From Nitrosopumilus sp. (GTDB taxonomy: Archaea; Thermoproteota; Nitrososphaeria; Nitrososphaerales; Nitrosopumilaceae), in assembly GCA_965205425.1 (NCBI GenBank), contig CBDBGZ010000009.1, forward strand, positions 576,001 to 640,000: a stretch of DNA of 64,000 nucleotides. The letters are read 5' to 3'. Below the pieces are notes generated by a model. That model worked only from the letters and a program-made list of their open reading frames with translations. It made no database searches and had not been told where the DNA came from. Every line of letters starts with the position of its first letter. Within the stretch, counting starts at the first letter, position 1. This document shows positions 10,070 through 20,274 of this stretch, one piece after another. Made by a program: the position numbers and the translations under genes.

Positions 10070-10372
10070 TCATTGAGATATAATTTTACGATAAGTATGC
10101 CCACACAAGTTACAAGAAATTCTGATCGACTTGACTGACGCCCTACCTAAACGAATTCTAGAATTTATTCCAGGTGCAATAAAGGATTTACATTTTTTAC
10201 AGAAAACCATTCTAAGATAATATGGCATTCTAATTTTATGTCTGGTGCTAATTCTTCTAGCAATAGATGCTTGCCTCTGAGAAAGTTCAGGATTTATCCT
10301 TGCATTACTAATTGCATTTTCGATAAGAATTTCCATTCTCTCCATTGCAATTTTTTTTGTTCCAAGTTTCAC
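10070..10372 (-). CDS. rnp4: RNase P protein component Rpp21
   Basis: FCKKCKSF...CNLCG Zn ribbon; likely GTG start at 10372 (the longer ORF would overlap the tRNA). Confidence 0.9.
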   Translation of the reverse strand: MKLGTKKIAMERMEILIENAISNARINPELSQRQASIARRISTRHKIRMPYYLRMVFCKKCKSFIAPGINSRIRLGRASVKSIRISCNLCGHTYRKIISQ

Positions 10373-10423
10373 AATGGTATCTAAAAGTAGACCTAAAAAT
10401 TGGTTCTTATAAGAATTGAAAAA

Positions 10424-10497
10424 TGCAGTCAGCGGGATTCGAACCCGCGTCACAGGGTTGGAAACCCCGAATACTAACCAGGCTATACTATGACTGC
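10424..10497 (-). tRNA. tRNA-Gly(TCC), no encoded CCA
   Basis: Reverse complement GCAGTCATAGTATAGCCTGGTTAGTATTCGGGGTTTCCAACCCTGTGACGCGGGTTCGAATCCCGCTGACTGCA folds as a cloverleaf with anticodon TCC and a GTTCGAATC T-loop. Confidence 0.95.
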
Positions 10498-10518
10498 AAT
10501 AGAATGCAAATTTTATTT

Positions 10519-10531
10519 CCTACATAAAAAT
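10519..10531 (+). repeat. Left attachment-site core CCTACATAAAAAT
   Basis: Identical to 23377-23389. Confidence 0.75.
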
Positions 10532-10714
10532 TTTGTACTGTTACAGAAAATTCAAATTCATCTAGATAATATTGTTGTATAAAATTGATATAATAATTTG
10601 ATAATTGTATCACGTATTTATTAGATTCCTAGATTGTATTAAGTCTTTTTTCTAGTCTTGTTTGTATTACAATATTTTTTCTTCTATTCATACAAAACAA
10701 TCACCAACGAAAAT

Positions 10715-10877
10715 AAACTCCAACAATTATTTTTTCCAAAATATTTCCAATAAACCTAACCAATGCGTTGGAGTTTGTTGGAGTGATTTTCTATGCCTAC
10801 AAAATCTGTATTTCTATGCCTAGAAGTCCAAGTTAGTAATGTTTCAACGAATGACAATAAAGTTGGAACTCCAACAA
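10715..10877. repeat. Cluster of short direct/inverted repeats near the island's left end
   Basis: ACTCCAAC at 10717 and 10868, GTTGGAGT at 10767 and 10777; TTTCTATGCCTA at 10788 and 10811. Confidence 0.55.
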
Positions 10878-11016
10878 AATTCAGTTTTTTATTAGTGATG
10901 ATGTTAAAAATGATTTATTCTTCATTGTAATTCCAAATAATATTTCATACAAAATAAAACAAATGTATTTTTTCCAATGCTATCTAAATATTCGAGTTGT
11001 AAATTATTTATTGATT

Positions 11017-11685
11017 TTATGTATCTGTTTGTAAGATTTGTTTTTGTATTGTGTCTTGTTTTTCTTTCTCTTTTTCTCTCCTTTTCATATCTCGTTTCTT
11101 CATAATATTTTTTATCGTTACACCAAGCATACCTGCTCCTCCAAATATTTTTTTGATTTTTGGATCATTGATTTTATCACCCAATAACAGCTTCAAAGAA
11201 GCAACAAGATCTTTTTCTTCACTTTCTGTCAATTCTTCATTGTCTGGAAACATTATAGATATTAACGAATTTACAACTCTTGCTATGCTGGAATAATCTT
11301 CTTCATTTGTACTAGTTTCTGATAGTTTGATGGTTTTAGGTATGGTTACAATAGAACCAGATGTATTTTCAGATGGCTCACAAACTAGTTTAGATGATTT
11401 ATCGTTTATTGTTACTGGCTTTGTGTCCACTTTGATATCTAATGTATTACTGTATCTTTTTGCCTGTCTTTGTGGAAAAAATTCATTCATATCCATGCCA
11501 TCTTTTTTGACTAGTTTTTTTAGTTCTCGATTGAAGATTGAAGCCACACTAGCACGATTTTTTTCTTGTTCCTGTGCTATTTTCTCAATATGATTAGCTT
11601 TTTCTCTAGGATTTACAAGATGGTTTAGATCATCAATATTTGATAAATAATCTCGGATTATATCAGTTAGAGATTCATTTTTCAT
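11017..11685 (-). CDS. Hypothetical protein (island cargo)
   Basis: 222-aa ORF with no recognisable motif. Confidence 0.6.
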   Translation of the reverse strand: MKNESLTDIIRDYLSNIDDLNHLVNPREKANHIEKIAQEQEKNRASVASIFNRELKKLVKKDGMDMNEFFPQRQAKRYSNTLDIKVDTKPVTINDKSSKLVCEPSENTSGSIVTIPKTIKLSETSTNEEDYSSIARVVNSLISIMFPDNEELTESEEKDLVASLKLLLGDKINDPKIKKIFGGAGMLGVTIKNIMKKRDMKRREKEKEKQDTIQKQILQTDT

Positions 11686-11777
11686 TTGATCTTTTCTTCT
11701 CCGTCATTTCGGCATAGTTGATTCATCATTGATATATATTAGTAGACTTTTAATATATGTCTACTATTTTTTAGATA

Positions 11778-12452
11778 ATGGAACATGAATTAACAGCATT
11801 TGAGAAAAAGATATTGGATTTTCTCAAAGGTCATTATAACCAACAATTTGCCATTGGAAAACAAACAAAGACTGAAACCAAAAGACTATCCAAAGCAAAA
11901 AACGACATCATATCCAAAATGACAAGTTCTATGAATGCATTTATGATATTATCTGAGATAATTAGAATATCTAACACAACATCAGATAGAATATCTGAAA
12001 ATTCAAATAGATACATCAGGCAAAACTTTTCAAATTTACCTGATAGTATCATCAAATCTACATTGAGCTTTGATCTTGTAGGTGAAGAATATACTCTACA
12101 ACATTTTAAGAACATACAAAGAAACCTTGCACAAGATGTCTTTAGCTTGGATAAAGTACAAAATCTCCTAGATGCCATCTTTGTATTTCATCCACAGGGG
12201 ATATCTTCACAATCTATTGGAAGAGATGTTACATACAAAAACACGATAGATGTCAATGATGACCAATACAGGGATTCTCATAAAAAATACTATAGAGATT
12301 TGGCAGGGTTGTTAGTAGAATCTGGAATTAGTCAGATAAAAAAGAACCTTCATCCAGAAAAAGATAAAATGCTAATCAATAATCTAGATTTTACTGTAAA
12401 TATTATTAGAAAATTAGACTATCATGTAGAGAAAATTGAGAAAAAAAGATAG
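11778..12452 (+). CDS. Hypothetical protein (island cargo)
   Basis: 224-aa ORF divergent from the 11017 ORF, TATA-like TTTAATATA upstream; no recognisable motif. Confidence 0.6.
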   Translation: MEHELTAFEKKILDFLKGHYNQQFAIGKQTKTETKRLSKAKNDIISKMTSSMNAFMILSEIIRISNTTSDRISENSNRYIRQNFSNLPDSIIKSTLSFDLVGEEYTLQHFKNIQRNLAQDVFSLDKVQNLLDAIFVFHPQGISSQSIGRDVTYKNTIDVNDDQYRDSHKKYYRDLAGLLVESGISQIKKNLHPEKDKMLINNLDFTVNIIRKLDYHVEKIEKKR

Positions 12453-12571
12453 ATCAACAATAAAATAATTCAAATGTAATATTTTATCTCATAATTAGGA
12501 TATCATAAAAATATTCAAATGAAGAATCTCACAAATCACTTCTGACATAAAAGATAATGCATGCTTGATTT

Positions 12572-13504
12572 CTATTGGATTTCATTTTTATGCATTATCT
12601 TTTTGAATTCTTCAAACATCTCATCTATAGTTGGAGTAAAATAAACTCCGTCAAGGCCATTTTTGTGTCCTAGCAGTTTTTCAGCAATATTATAATTTAT
12701 TGAATTGTCAAGCTTGAGAATAGTGTTGAATCGTTTTCTAAATCCATGATCTATTTGTACATCATAACGATTATCTTGCTTGCATTTTCTTATGTTACTT
12801 TTTGATACTGCCCTATACACAACACTTCTGCTGCCGCTCCATCCAAGCTGTTTCATAGTTTTTCCTATTGTAAAAATCGGAGCATTACTGTCAAATATTT
12901 TGTTGCTTTTTCTGCGTTGATCATGATATGTATCTAATAATCTTGATGCTTGTGGAGTGAGAAATGCCCAGTATTCTTCTATGTGTCCTGCATACAACAA
13001 TATTGCATAACAACCACATGGCATTTTTTTCATATGTCTAATAGCTAATGGATGATCAAAGACTCCTATTCTTGCTCCAGTTGATGCAAGAAAATGAATC
13101 AATGCTTTGTCTCTAATGTTTTTTGTATTGTACAGTATCTCTTTGATTTCATTTGTTGTATATGCCCTCAAGCTAGGTGTCTTTTGTTTTTGTGGAAACA
13201 TCTTGTATATTATGTTCCAATTAAGATTGATTCTATTCATCACAAAAAAATGCTTTATTCCTCTAAACTTTGATGGTATGGAATTTGGGTTTGCAGTATG
13301 TTTCAAGTATAAAATATAATTTTCCAACATAACCTGCAAATCATTTGTGGGAAATTCTAACCATTGATTCTCATCATGTATACCAGTAAATTTTTTGAAT
13401 TGATTAAGATGCGATATATAATTTTGCTTAGTATATTTTGATCGTATAGATTCCTCAAATAAGATCATGCTTCTTTGTGATATATTTTTGATCAAGTACC
13501 ACAT
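12572..13504 (-). CDS. Tyrosine recombinase/integrase (candidate hsdS invertase)
   Basis: Catalytic residues STGARIG (R), HGFRK (HxxR), LLGH (H) and GVYF (Y). Confidence 0.9.
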   Translation of the reverse strand: MWYLIKNISQRSMILFEESIRSKYTKQNYISHLNQFKKFTGIHDENQWLEFPTNDLQVMLENYILYLKHTANPNSIPSKFRGIKHFFVMNRINLNWNIIYKMFPQKQKTPSLRAYTTNEIKEILYNTKNIRDKALIHFLASTGARIGVFDHPLAIRHMKKMPCGCYAILLYAGHIEEYWAFLTPQASRLLDTYHDQRRKSNKIFDSNAPIFTIGKTMKQLGWSGSRSVVYRAVSKSNIRKCKQDNRYDVQIDHGFRKRFNTILKLDNSINYNIAEKLLGHKNGLDGVYFTPTIDEMFEEFKKIMHKNEIQ

Positions 13505-13552
13505 TCTGGAGGAATTTTTATTTTTGTTAATATGTTAAATTTCTTACAGGTC

Positions 13553-13790
13553 TCATGTTATCAATTTATTTTCATAATCATCAACAAACTTTTCTCTAGA
13601 TATCTCGACATCAGATAGTATTCCATGTTGAGTTCCAACTGGTAGTAATCTATTTCCAGCTGGCACAGTTGTAAACACTGTTTTGTTTCTTAATGTTGCA
13701 TGACTTCCTTTTCGTCTGGTAATGGCAAACCCTTTTCGCTGCAGATATCTTATCATTTGATTTCCAGATACCTTTTGGTATCTTTGACAT
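13553..13790 (-). pseudogene. hicA: HicA-family mRNA interferase toxin with an apparent +1 frameshift near the 5' end
   Basis: GF..RRKGSH..L...TTVP motif; ATG at 13790 overlaps the hicB stop (TAATG) but is 1 nt out of frame; removing one base at 13771-13776 gives MSKIPKVSGNQMIRYLQRKGF. Confidence 0.75.
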
Positions 13791-14002
13791 TATTGCTCTA
13801 TTATGAGCATGTTAAAGTCCGTTGGACTTTCACACTCTTCGGCTGCAAGATCCACTGCCTCTTTCATGTTTTCCATTATCTCTCCAAATGTATCGCCTTC
13901 TGAGTTTGCATGTAGTTCATCACATCTTCCAACAAATCCCCCGCCCTCAAGATCTTTGGTTATGATAACTGTGTATGTCTTTTTTTGTAGGGTTGTACTC
14001 AT
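13790..14002 (-). CDS. hicB: HicB-family antitoxin (short form, no C-terminal DNA-binding domain)
   Basis: YTVII.KDLEGGGFVGRCDEL.ANSEGDTFGEIMENMKEAVDL matches the HicB N-terminal domain. Confidence 0.85.
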   Translation of the reverse strand: MSTTLQKKTYTVIITKDLEGGGFVGRCDELHANSEGDTFGEIMENMKEAVDLAAEECESPTDFNMLIIEQ

Positions 14003-14352
14003 GTTATTTGTAATCTAGAAAGTGTTAAAAATATTGCTAGTCTTATGCATTTTTTTATGGTAATACATATCCTACAACAAGAATTTGGTGTTCAACTCCA
14101 AAGAAAATAGCTGAAAAAGATGATTTGTTGTTATCAGTACGTGCTCCTGTAGGTTCTACAAACTTAAGCTCTGAACAATGTTGTATAGGTAGAGGATTAG
14201 CTGCAATCAGACCTATGGATAAAAATATGAATGTAATATTTTTCTTTCATTTTTTTAGACACATTGAACATCATTTGGAAAGTTTAGGAACAGGAACTAC
14301 ATTCAAAGCAATTTCAGGTAAACAAATAAGAGAATTATCTATAACTTTACCT

Positions 14353-14625
14353 CCACTAAACGAACAAAAACGCATCGTCTCAAAAATTGAATCAATCTTC
14401 ACACAGATTGATGCAGCAAAGATACAGCTTGAGATGTTATCATCGCAGGTCAAGTCATCTTCTAGTAGCTTGAATATGTTGAAGAACAGCGTGCTAAAGC
14501 AAGCCTTTGAAGGTAAGCTTGTTCCACAGGATCCAAATGACGAATCAGCAGAAGTCTTGTTGAAGAAAATTCATGGCGATTCAAAGGAATTGAAATTTAA
14601 GAAAGAGAATCTTCCAAAAGGATGG
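14353..14625 (+). repeat. IR1 left arm (273 bp), perfect inverted copy at 20895-21167
   Basis: Base-by-base comparison; encodes the central conserved region PLNEQKRIV...KENLPKGW. Confidence 0.95.
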
Positions 14626-15069
14626 GTAAAAACAAAGATAGAATTGATTTGTGATCTCATAGGTGGTGGCACTCCTTCAAGGAAAAATTTAGAATATTTT
14701 AAAGATGGTCAAATAATTTGGTTAACACCAACTGAAATCAATAAAGAGAAAATATTAAAAATTAATTCTTCTAAAGAAAATATTACAGAATTAGGATTAA
14801 CAAAAAGTTCCGCTAAATTAATACCTAGAAATGCAGTTTTATTAACATCTAGAGCTAGTATAGGATATGTTGCAATAGCAGAAACAACAGTTACAACAAA
14901 TCAAGGATTTGCTTCATTCATATGCTCTAAAATTATCCATAATTATTTTTTAGCTTATTGGTTAAAGAGTAATAAAAATGTCTTAGAAGAACATGCAACA
15001 GGAACAACATTTAAGGAAATTCCCAAATCTGTGATCAAAAAACTATCTATTGAAATTCCACCATTTTCT

Positions 15070-15124
15070 GAACAAAAACGCATCGTCTCAAAAATTGAAT
15101 CAATCTTTGATAAGATTGATGCAA
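15070..15124 (+). repeat. IR2 left arm (55 bp), perfect inverted copy at 20402-20456
   Basis: GAACAAAAACGCATCGTCTCAAAAATTGAATCAATCTTTGATAAGATTGATGCAA present on opposite strands. Confidence 0.95.
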
Positions 15125-15349
15125 AACAAAAAGAGATTGCAATCTTAGAATCCAAATTAAAAAATATACCTGATAGCATAAATGCCATAAAAAGCAGTAT
15201 TTTGAAGCAAGCTTTTGAGGGAAAATTAGTTCCACAAGATCCAAATGATGAACCCGCATCAATTCTATTAGAAAAAATAAAATCTCAAAAATGCAGATCA
15301 TAAATATAATTACTACTGAAATAATTGATGGTAATTTTTGAATAAATAA

Positions 15350-16828
15350 TTATTTTGGAATTTCTTTAGATATGATATTCTTTACATCCTCAAACGCTTT
15401 GATTATATCTTTTCTTATACTGATGAATGAATCTATCAATTCATCTGGTGGCAGTACAATTGTTTCTGTCACATCGTTTGGATTATTGGAATCAAGATTA
15501 TAATCTTGAATATCTTTGATATTTACTTTCCATGCATTTTTATTTGTCTTTTTATTTTTAAACCATTTTTCAATCTCTGAAAAATCCTCATATGCAATTG
15601 GATTTGATTTAGTATATTTTGGATTTTTTGCACGGGTGACTCCTCTTAATCGCTCATTTACATGCATCTGATAATACCATATTTCTTTGGTAGGAGTGGT
15701 TTTATCAAAAAATAAAATATTTGTGGCAATTGTTGTATATGGTTCGAAAACGGTTCTAGGAAGTCTAATTATTGTATGCAAGTTAAATTCTTCAATTAAT
15801 TTTTTCTTGATCTTGGCAGCCATTCCTCCTGCAAACATTGGACCATCTGGAAGAATAATCCCACAACGCCCTCCATCTTTTAATGAATACATGATATACA
15901 ACAAAAATGCAAGTGCAGTGTCTGATGTTTGAAAACCAACAGGCAAATTAGATGATATTCCTTCTTCTTCTTCTCCACCAAATGGAGGATTTGTGATGAT
16001 GATATCATATTGATTGTTTACAGATATTTCTCTTAATGGTTTAGCTAGTGTATTAGTTCTGATAATGTTTGGTTTGTCAAGTTCATGTAATAATGAATTC
16101 ATCATCCCCAATAGATATGGCATTGGTTTTTTCTCAATTCCAAATAATGTCTTGGTTGTTAATTTTTTCAAGTCATGTTTTGTCTTTTGTTCATTTCTTA
16201 GAAATTCTAGAGATTCTATCAAAAATCCTCCTGTGCCACATGCAGGATCCAATATTTTTTCAGATTTTTTGAGACTTGGGTTAATTTGATTGACAATAAA
16301 TCTAATCACAGGTCTTGGTGTATAAAATTCGCCATTAGAACCAGCAGCATCTCTCATTTCTACTAACATATCTTCATAGAGTTTTGCCATTGTGTGAATA
16401 TCATCAGTATTTACAAAATTTACTTTGTCTATCAGATTTAGAATTTGTCTAAGAACATATCCACTTAATATCCTGTTGTTTAATTCTTTAAAGATTGATG
16501 CAAGTACATCTCTTTGTTCAAAACCCTCTCCTCCTACCAATTTTGCAAGTTTAGGAAATAATTCATTATTGACAAAAGAAATTAGATCAGGGCCTGTCAA
16601 AGATTTACTTTTATCTTCAGCCCAATCTCTCCATTGTAATCCTTTGGGAATTGCCTCGACATATTTTTTATTCAATGCTGTTCTTTCTTTTTCAAAATCA
16701 TCAAAACTCTTTAAAAATAAAATCCATGCAATTTGAGGGATTCTATCGACATCCGTATTAAGACCTGCATCTTTTCTCATTAGATCTCTTGCAGATTTTA
16801 TTATAGAACGAAGTGTTTGTGCATCCAT
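15350..16828 (-). CDS. hsdM: Type I R-M N6-adenine methyltransferase subunit
   Basis: GEFYTPRPV, motif I DPACGTGGFL and motif IV NPPFGG. Confidence 0.95.
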   Translation of the reverse strand: MDAQTLRSIIKSARDLMRKDAGLNTDVDRIPQIAWILFLKSFDDFEKERTALNKKYVEAIPKGLQWRDWAEDKSKSLTGPDLISFVNNELFPKLAKLVGGEGFEQRDVLASIFKELNNRILSGYVLRQILNLIDKVNFVNTDDIHTMAKLYEDMLVEMRDAAGSNGEFYTPRPVIRFIVNQINPSLKKSEKILDPACGTGGFLIESLEFLRNEQKTKHDLKKLTTKTLFGIEKKPMPYLLGMMNSLLHELDKPNIIRTNTLAKPLREISVNNQYDIIITNPPFGGEEEEGISSNLPVGFQTSDTALAFLLYIMYSLKDGGRCGIILPDGPMFAGGMAAKIKKKLIEEFNLHTIIRLPRTVFEPYTTIATNILFFDKTTPTKEIWYYQMHVNERLRGVTRAKNPKYTKSNPIAYEDFSEIEKWFKNKKTNKNAWKVNIKDIQDYNLDSNNPNDVTETIVLPPDELIDSFISIRKDIIKAFEDVKNIISKEIPK

Positions 16829-16862
16829 TAGTGATATTTCCTATATCCTCATTAAATATGAT

Positions 16863-19229
16863 TCAATTATTCAAGTACAATTCTTTTGTTAATTGTACTA
16901 TGGCATCATCATATTGATCACCATCTTTGAATCTATCATTAATAATTTCTACTGGACCTCCAAACTGTTTGAATTGTGGCAATTTCAAAATATCTCTTTC
17001 TTCTAATTCTTGATATCCATGATCAGCATAATGATCTAAAATTATCTCAAGAACTTCTCGTGCCTTATCTGGATATTTCTCCAAAAAGGGTTTTTTACGC
17101 ACAGAATTTACTCTTTCTAAACGAGTTTTTGCATCTGCATTAAATGCAAAATGAAGTAACAAATCAAATGCATCTGCTTTAAACATCTGTGTAATTTCTC
17201 TTAGATGTTCAAAATTTATTCCTCTAGTTTTTAATTTTTCGACAAAATGTTTTCGATTTTCAGGATTCGTCCAAAGTTTGTATAGTTCTGTTTGATCATC
17301 ATTAATCAAACGACGTACAGTCTCTTTTGTATAATTCTGATAAGTAATTAATCTGTTACCATCTATTGATTGATCAAATATCAATACAGATTCACCTATA
17401 ATCTTAACTTCATGTCCTTCAATATGATAAGTTTCAATATTTGTTGGATCTCTGGATGTAGAGGATATTCCTTCTTCTATCTTCCTTCTTTCTTCTTCCA
17501 TTCTCTTTTTTACTTTTTCCTTCATCCTGTCTTCTTTTTCTCTGGTAATTCTTTCTTGACCTTCATCTGTTTCAGCAGCAGGTGGACCATCCCATTCTAC
17601 ATCTTCAAATAATCGAGTTGTTTTCCTATAATCTATAATAGAAAACCACATCTTGTCCTTCGGTTCATACACACGTGTGCCACGTCCTATTATCTGTTTA
17701 AATTCGGTCATAGAGTTAATGCTTTTATCTAATGCAATTATTTTACATGTAGGTACATCTACACCAGTAGACATCAATCTAGATGTTACTGCAACAACTG
17801 GAAAATCTCTATTAGGTTCTTGAAAATGATCTAAATGTTCACGACCTATTTCTCCTTCAGCAGAGACTATTCTAACACAATAATCATGTTTTTCTCCAGA
17901 ATAATTTCTGATCAATTTAGTCATTTCAAGTGCATGTTCAGAATTCTGGCAAAATAGAATTGTTTTATTATATTTTTGATTATTTTTTTCTAAAAAGTTT
18001 ACCAGATGCATTGCAACTGCTTTTCGTCTTTCATTTACTCTTAAAATTCTGTCAAAATCTTTGTATGTATACAATCTATCTTCCAATATTTTTCCATCAA
18101 GATCTTTTTCACCTGGTTTTGGTTTGTATCCTTGTATATCAATTTCAAGATTTACTCTATGAATCATGTATGGTGCTAAAAAGCCATCCTCAATTCCTTG
18201 TTTAAGGCTGTACGTGTATACAGGTGTGCCAAAATAATCATAGGTGTCTTTGCTTTCATCATTTCGTTTAGGTGTTGCAGTCATACCTATGTGGATTGCA
18301 TTAGAAAAATGATCCAGTATCTTCCTCCAATTCCCAGATTCATTTGAGCTTCCACGATGACATTCATCTATTATAACATAATCAAAAAAATCTGTTGGAT
18401 ATTGTTTGTATAATTCACCGTTTTCTTTTTCTACATCAAGTGCTTGATATAATGCAAAATACATTCCAAATGCAGTTTGTACAACTCTTTGGATTTTATG
18501 TCTTGCTTCACCAAAATTTGCAAATGCATTATTTCTTGCTTGATCCAATAAAATAGTTCTATCTGCTAAAAATAAGATTTTTGGATGTGGTTTATCTTTA
18601 TTCCATAATTTTTGTGCAATTTGATAAGCAATGAAGGTCTTGCCTGTTCCTGTTGCAAGATTCAACAAAATTCGTTTCTTTCCTGCAAAGATTGATGTTA
18701 ATGCTGCATTGATTGCAATTTCTTGATAATATCTTGGTTCCATAGGTGACCCACCAGGATCTTTTGAGCTTCTATCTAATGGTTCCAACAGAACATTCAT
18801 TTGTTTTTCATCAAAATTCTTATGTCCGTTATATCTTTTTTGTAACTCTTCGGGTGTTGGGAATTTATCAATTGTTCTTTGTTGTTTTGTTGTAACATCA
18901 TATTCTTCAATTTTTTGTCCATTAGTTGCATATGCAAATTGTAGGTTTAGTTTTTCTGCATATATCAAAGCTTGTTGCATTCCTTCATCATGAGGTTTAT
19001 CCCATGCCTTTGCTTCGATCACTGCAATTTTAAAATCAAGTCCTAGTTTTAAAATATAATCTGCTTTATTTGGATCATTCCGTTTTCCTGTACGACCCTC
19101 TGGAATGATTTTTCCTTTATTAATATAATATTCACGAACGATTTTATCTAATTCCCATCCAGAATCTTTCAATTTTGGATCAATAAAACGCATACAAGTA
19201 GTTGATTCTGAAATCTTTTCGTTGCTCAA
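16863..19229 (-). CDS. hsdR: Type I R-M restriction subunit (EcoAI/EcoEI-like, type IB size)
   Basis: Nuclease ADY..IEAK, RYYQ, Walker A ATGTGKT, DECHRG, TATP, TGVD and QIIGRGTR. Confidence 0.95.
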   Translation of the reverse strand: MSNEKISESTTCMRFIDPKLKDSGWELDKIVREYYINKGKIIPEGRTGKRNDPNKADYILKLGLDFKIAVIEAKAWDKPHDEGMQQALIYAEKLNLQFAYATNGQKIEEYDVTTKQQRTIDKFPTPEELQKRYNGHKNFDEKQMNVLLEPLDRSSKDPGGSPMEPRYYQEIAINAALTSIFAGKKRILLNLATGTGKTFIAYQIAQKLWNKDKPHPKILFLADRTILLDQARNNAFANFGEARHKIQRVVQTAFGMYFALYQALDVEKENGELYKQYPTDFFDYVIIDECHRGSSNESGNWRKILDHFSNAIHIGMTATPKRNDESKDTYDYFGTPVYTYSLKQGIEDGFLAPYMIHRVNLEIDIQGYKPKPGEKDLDGKILEDRLYTYKDFDRILRVNERRKAVAMHLVNFLEKNNQKYNKTILFCQNSEHALEMTKLIRNYSGEKHDYCVRIVSAEGEIGREHLDHFQEPNRDFPVVAVTSRLMSTGVDVPTCKIIALDKSINSMTEFKQIIGRGTRVYEPKDKMWFSIIDYRKTTRLFEDVEWDGPPAAETDEGQERITREKEDRMKEKVKKRMEEERRKIEEGISSTSRDPTNIETYHIEGHEVKIIGESVLIFDQSIDGNRLITYQNYTKETVRRLINDDQTELYKLWTNPENRKHFVEKLKTRGINFEHLREITQMFKADAFDLLLHFAFNADAKTRLERVNSVRKKPFLEKYPDKAREVLEIILDHYADHGYQELEERDILKLPQFKQFGGPVEIINDRFKDGDQYDDAIVQLTKELYLNN

Positions 19230-19344
19230 TTTATACTCCTAATTTTTAGATTTATGATGGTTATAAAATAAATCATTATTAATACAACATATTTGTGACA
19301 TCCTAAAAATATTTTAGATGATTTAATGAAAAATATAATATAAA

Positions 19345-20274
19345 TCAAATATTATGTCCATAAATTTGAGAAAATGAATGATATGTTTTATGGCCTTGTA
19401 GAAACCATGATAAAATAACAAAATCTAATTTTCTAATCCTGTAAGCATTGTATGCAATTAACCTGTACAACATCTCATTGTCCTGAGTTGTAACATTTCT
19501 TGATGTGACATCTCCTGACATTATCTGTTTGATCACAAAAAAGATTGTTTCAGATTTGTTTCTCTGATGGTACAATTGTACAGGAAAGTTCCTCTTCATC
19601 TCCTTTCTGTGAATTCCGCTGGTTCTGTAAATTGGAACTGTTCCATATCGAGTTGGAATTATTGCAGCTGTGTTGATCTGTTCTGCACCAACATGGTTAT
19701 TCTCATCATCAAAACCCATGTCACCTAACACAATATCAACTGGAACAATATTGTTGGTTTTGTACAACAATGGCAGAAAATCAGGATTATCATGTTGCAT
19801 GTTGTGGTGTGTCATGACACAGCAAACAAGCTGTGTATTCATGTCAGCACAAACAACAACTTTTAGGAAATTCCTGCGTAACTGTACTCTTTTTGTATAA
19901 TAGTATGATGCTGTACTGTAACTGAATCCGCTACCATCAATTCCAGCTAGAACCAGTCTGACTTTTTTGTACAAAATGAATTCCTGCAACATTTTATGTA
20001 ACAGATTTCCTTCCAGTCTTGCAGCTGCCTTTTGTAGTGTGGTGTAATGTGGAATGGTATACAAACCAAGATATTCCTGAATTCCTACACATTCTTCTAA
20101 AAATTCTGTAAATCTTCTATAACTCTTTGATTCGTACTGTCGTATTGTCAAGAGTATGAGATGTGTCCAAACAGAATAGATATGATTTGATTTTGGATGT
20201 AAGAACCTAGGAATTCTGCATCTGGTGATTATATTGAGTAGTGTTTTGCACATTTTGACGTATGATGAGACCAT
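19345..20274 (-). CDS. IS5-family DDE transposase (reads through the IS end)
   Basis: PHYTTLQK, IDGSGF, LGDMGFD and YHQRNKSETIF motifs. Confidence 0.9.
   Translation of the reverse strand: MVSSYVKMCKTLLNIITRCRIPRFLHPKSNHIYSVWTHLILLTIRQYESKSYRRFTEFLEECVGIQEYLGLYTIPHYTTLQKAAARLEGNLLHKMLQEFILYKKVRLVLAGIDGSGFSYSTASYYYTKRVQLRRNFLKVVVCADMNTQLVCCVMTHHNMQHDNPDFLPLLYKTNNIVPVDIVLGDMGFDDENNHVGAEQINTAAIIPTRYGTVPIYRTSGIHRKEMKRNFPVQLYHQRNKSETIFFVIKQIMSGDVTSRNVTTQDNEMLYRLIAYNAYRIRKLDFVILSWFLQGHKTYHSFSQIYGHNI

Larger units (their letters stand above)
14056..15303 (+). pseudogene. hsdS: hsdS copy A: 5'-truncated cassette (partial TRD-a, central conserved region, TRD-b, complete C-terminus)
   Basis: HsdS-like frame begins mid-TRD (YG.TYPTTRIWCSTPKKIAEKDDLLLSVRAPVG) after an upstream in-frame TAG with no LPKGW start; PPLNEQKRIV, KQAFEGKLVPQDPNDE and terminal ASILLEKIK present. 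Confidence 0.85.

Noticed and set aside
10424..10497. tRNA-Gly as the island integration site
   Set aside because: The island lies on the 5' side of the tRNA and I found no duplicated tRNA segment at the other end; the direct repeat matches the nep1 3' end
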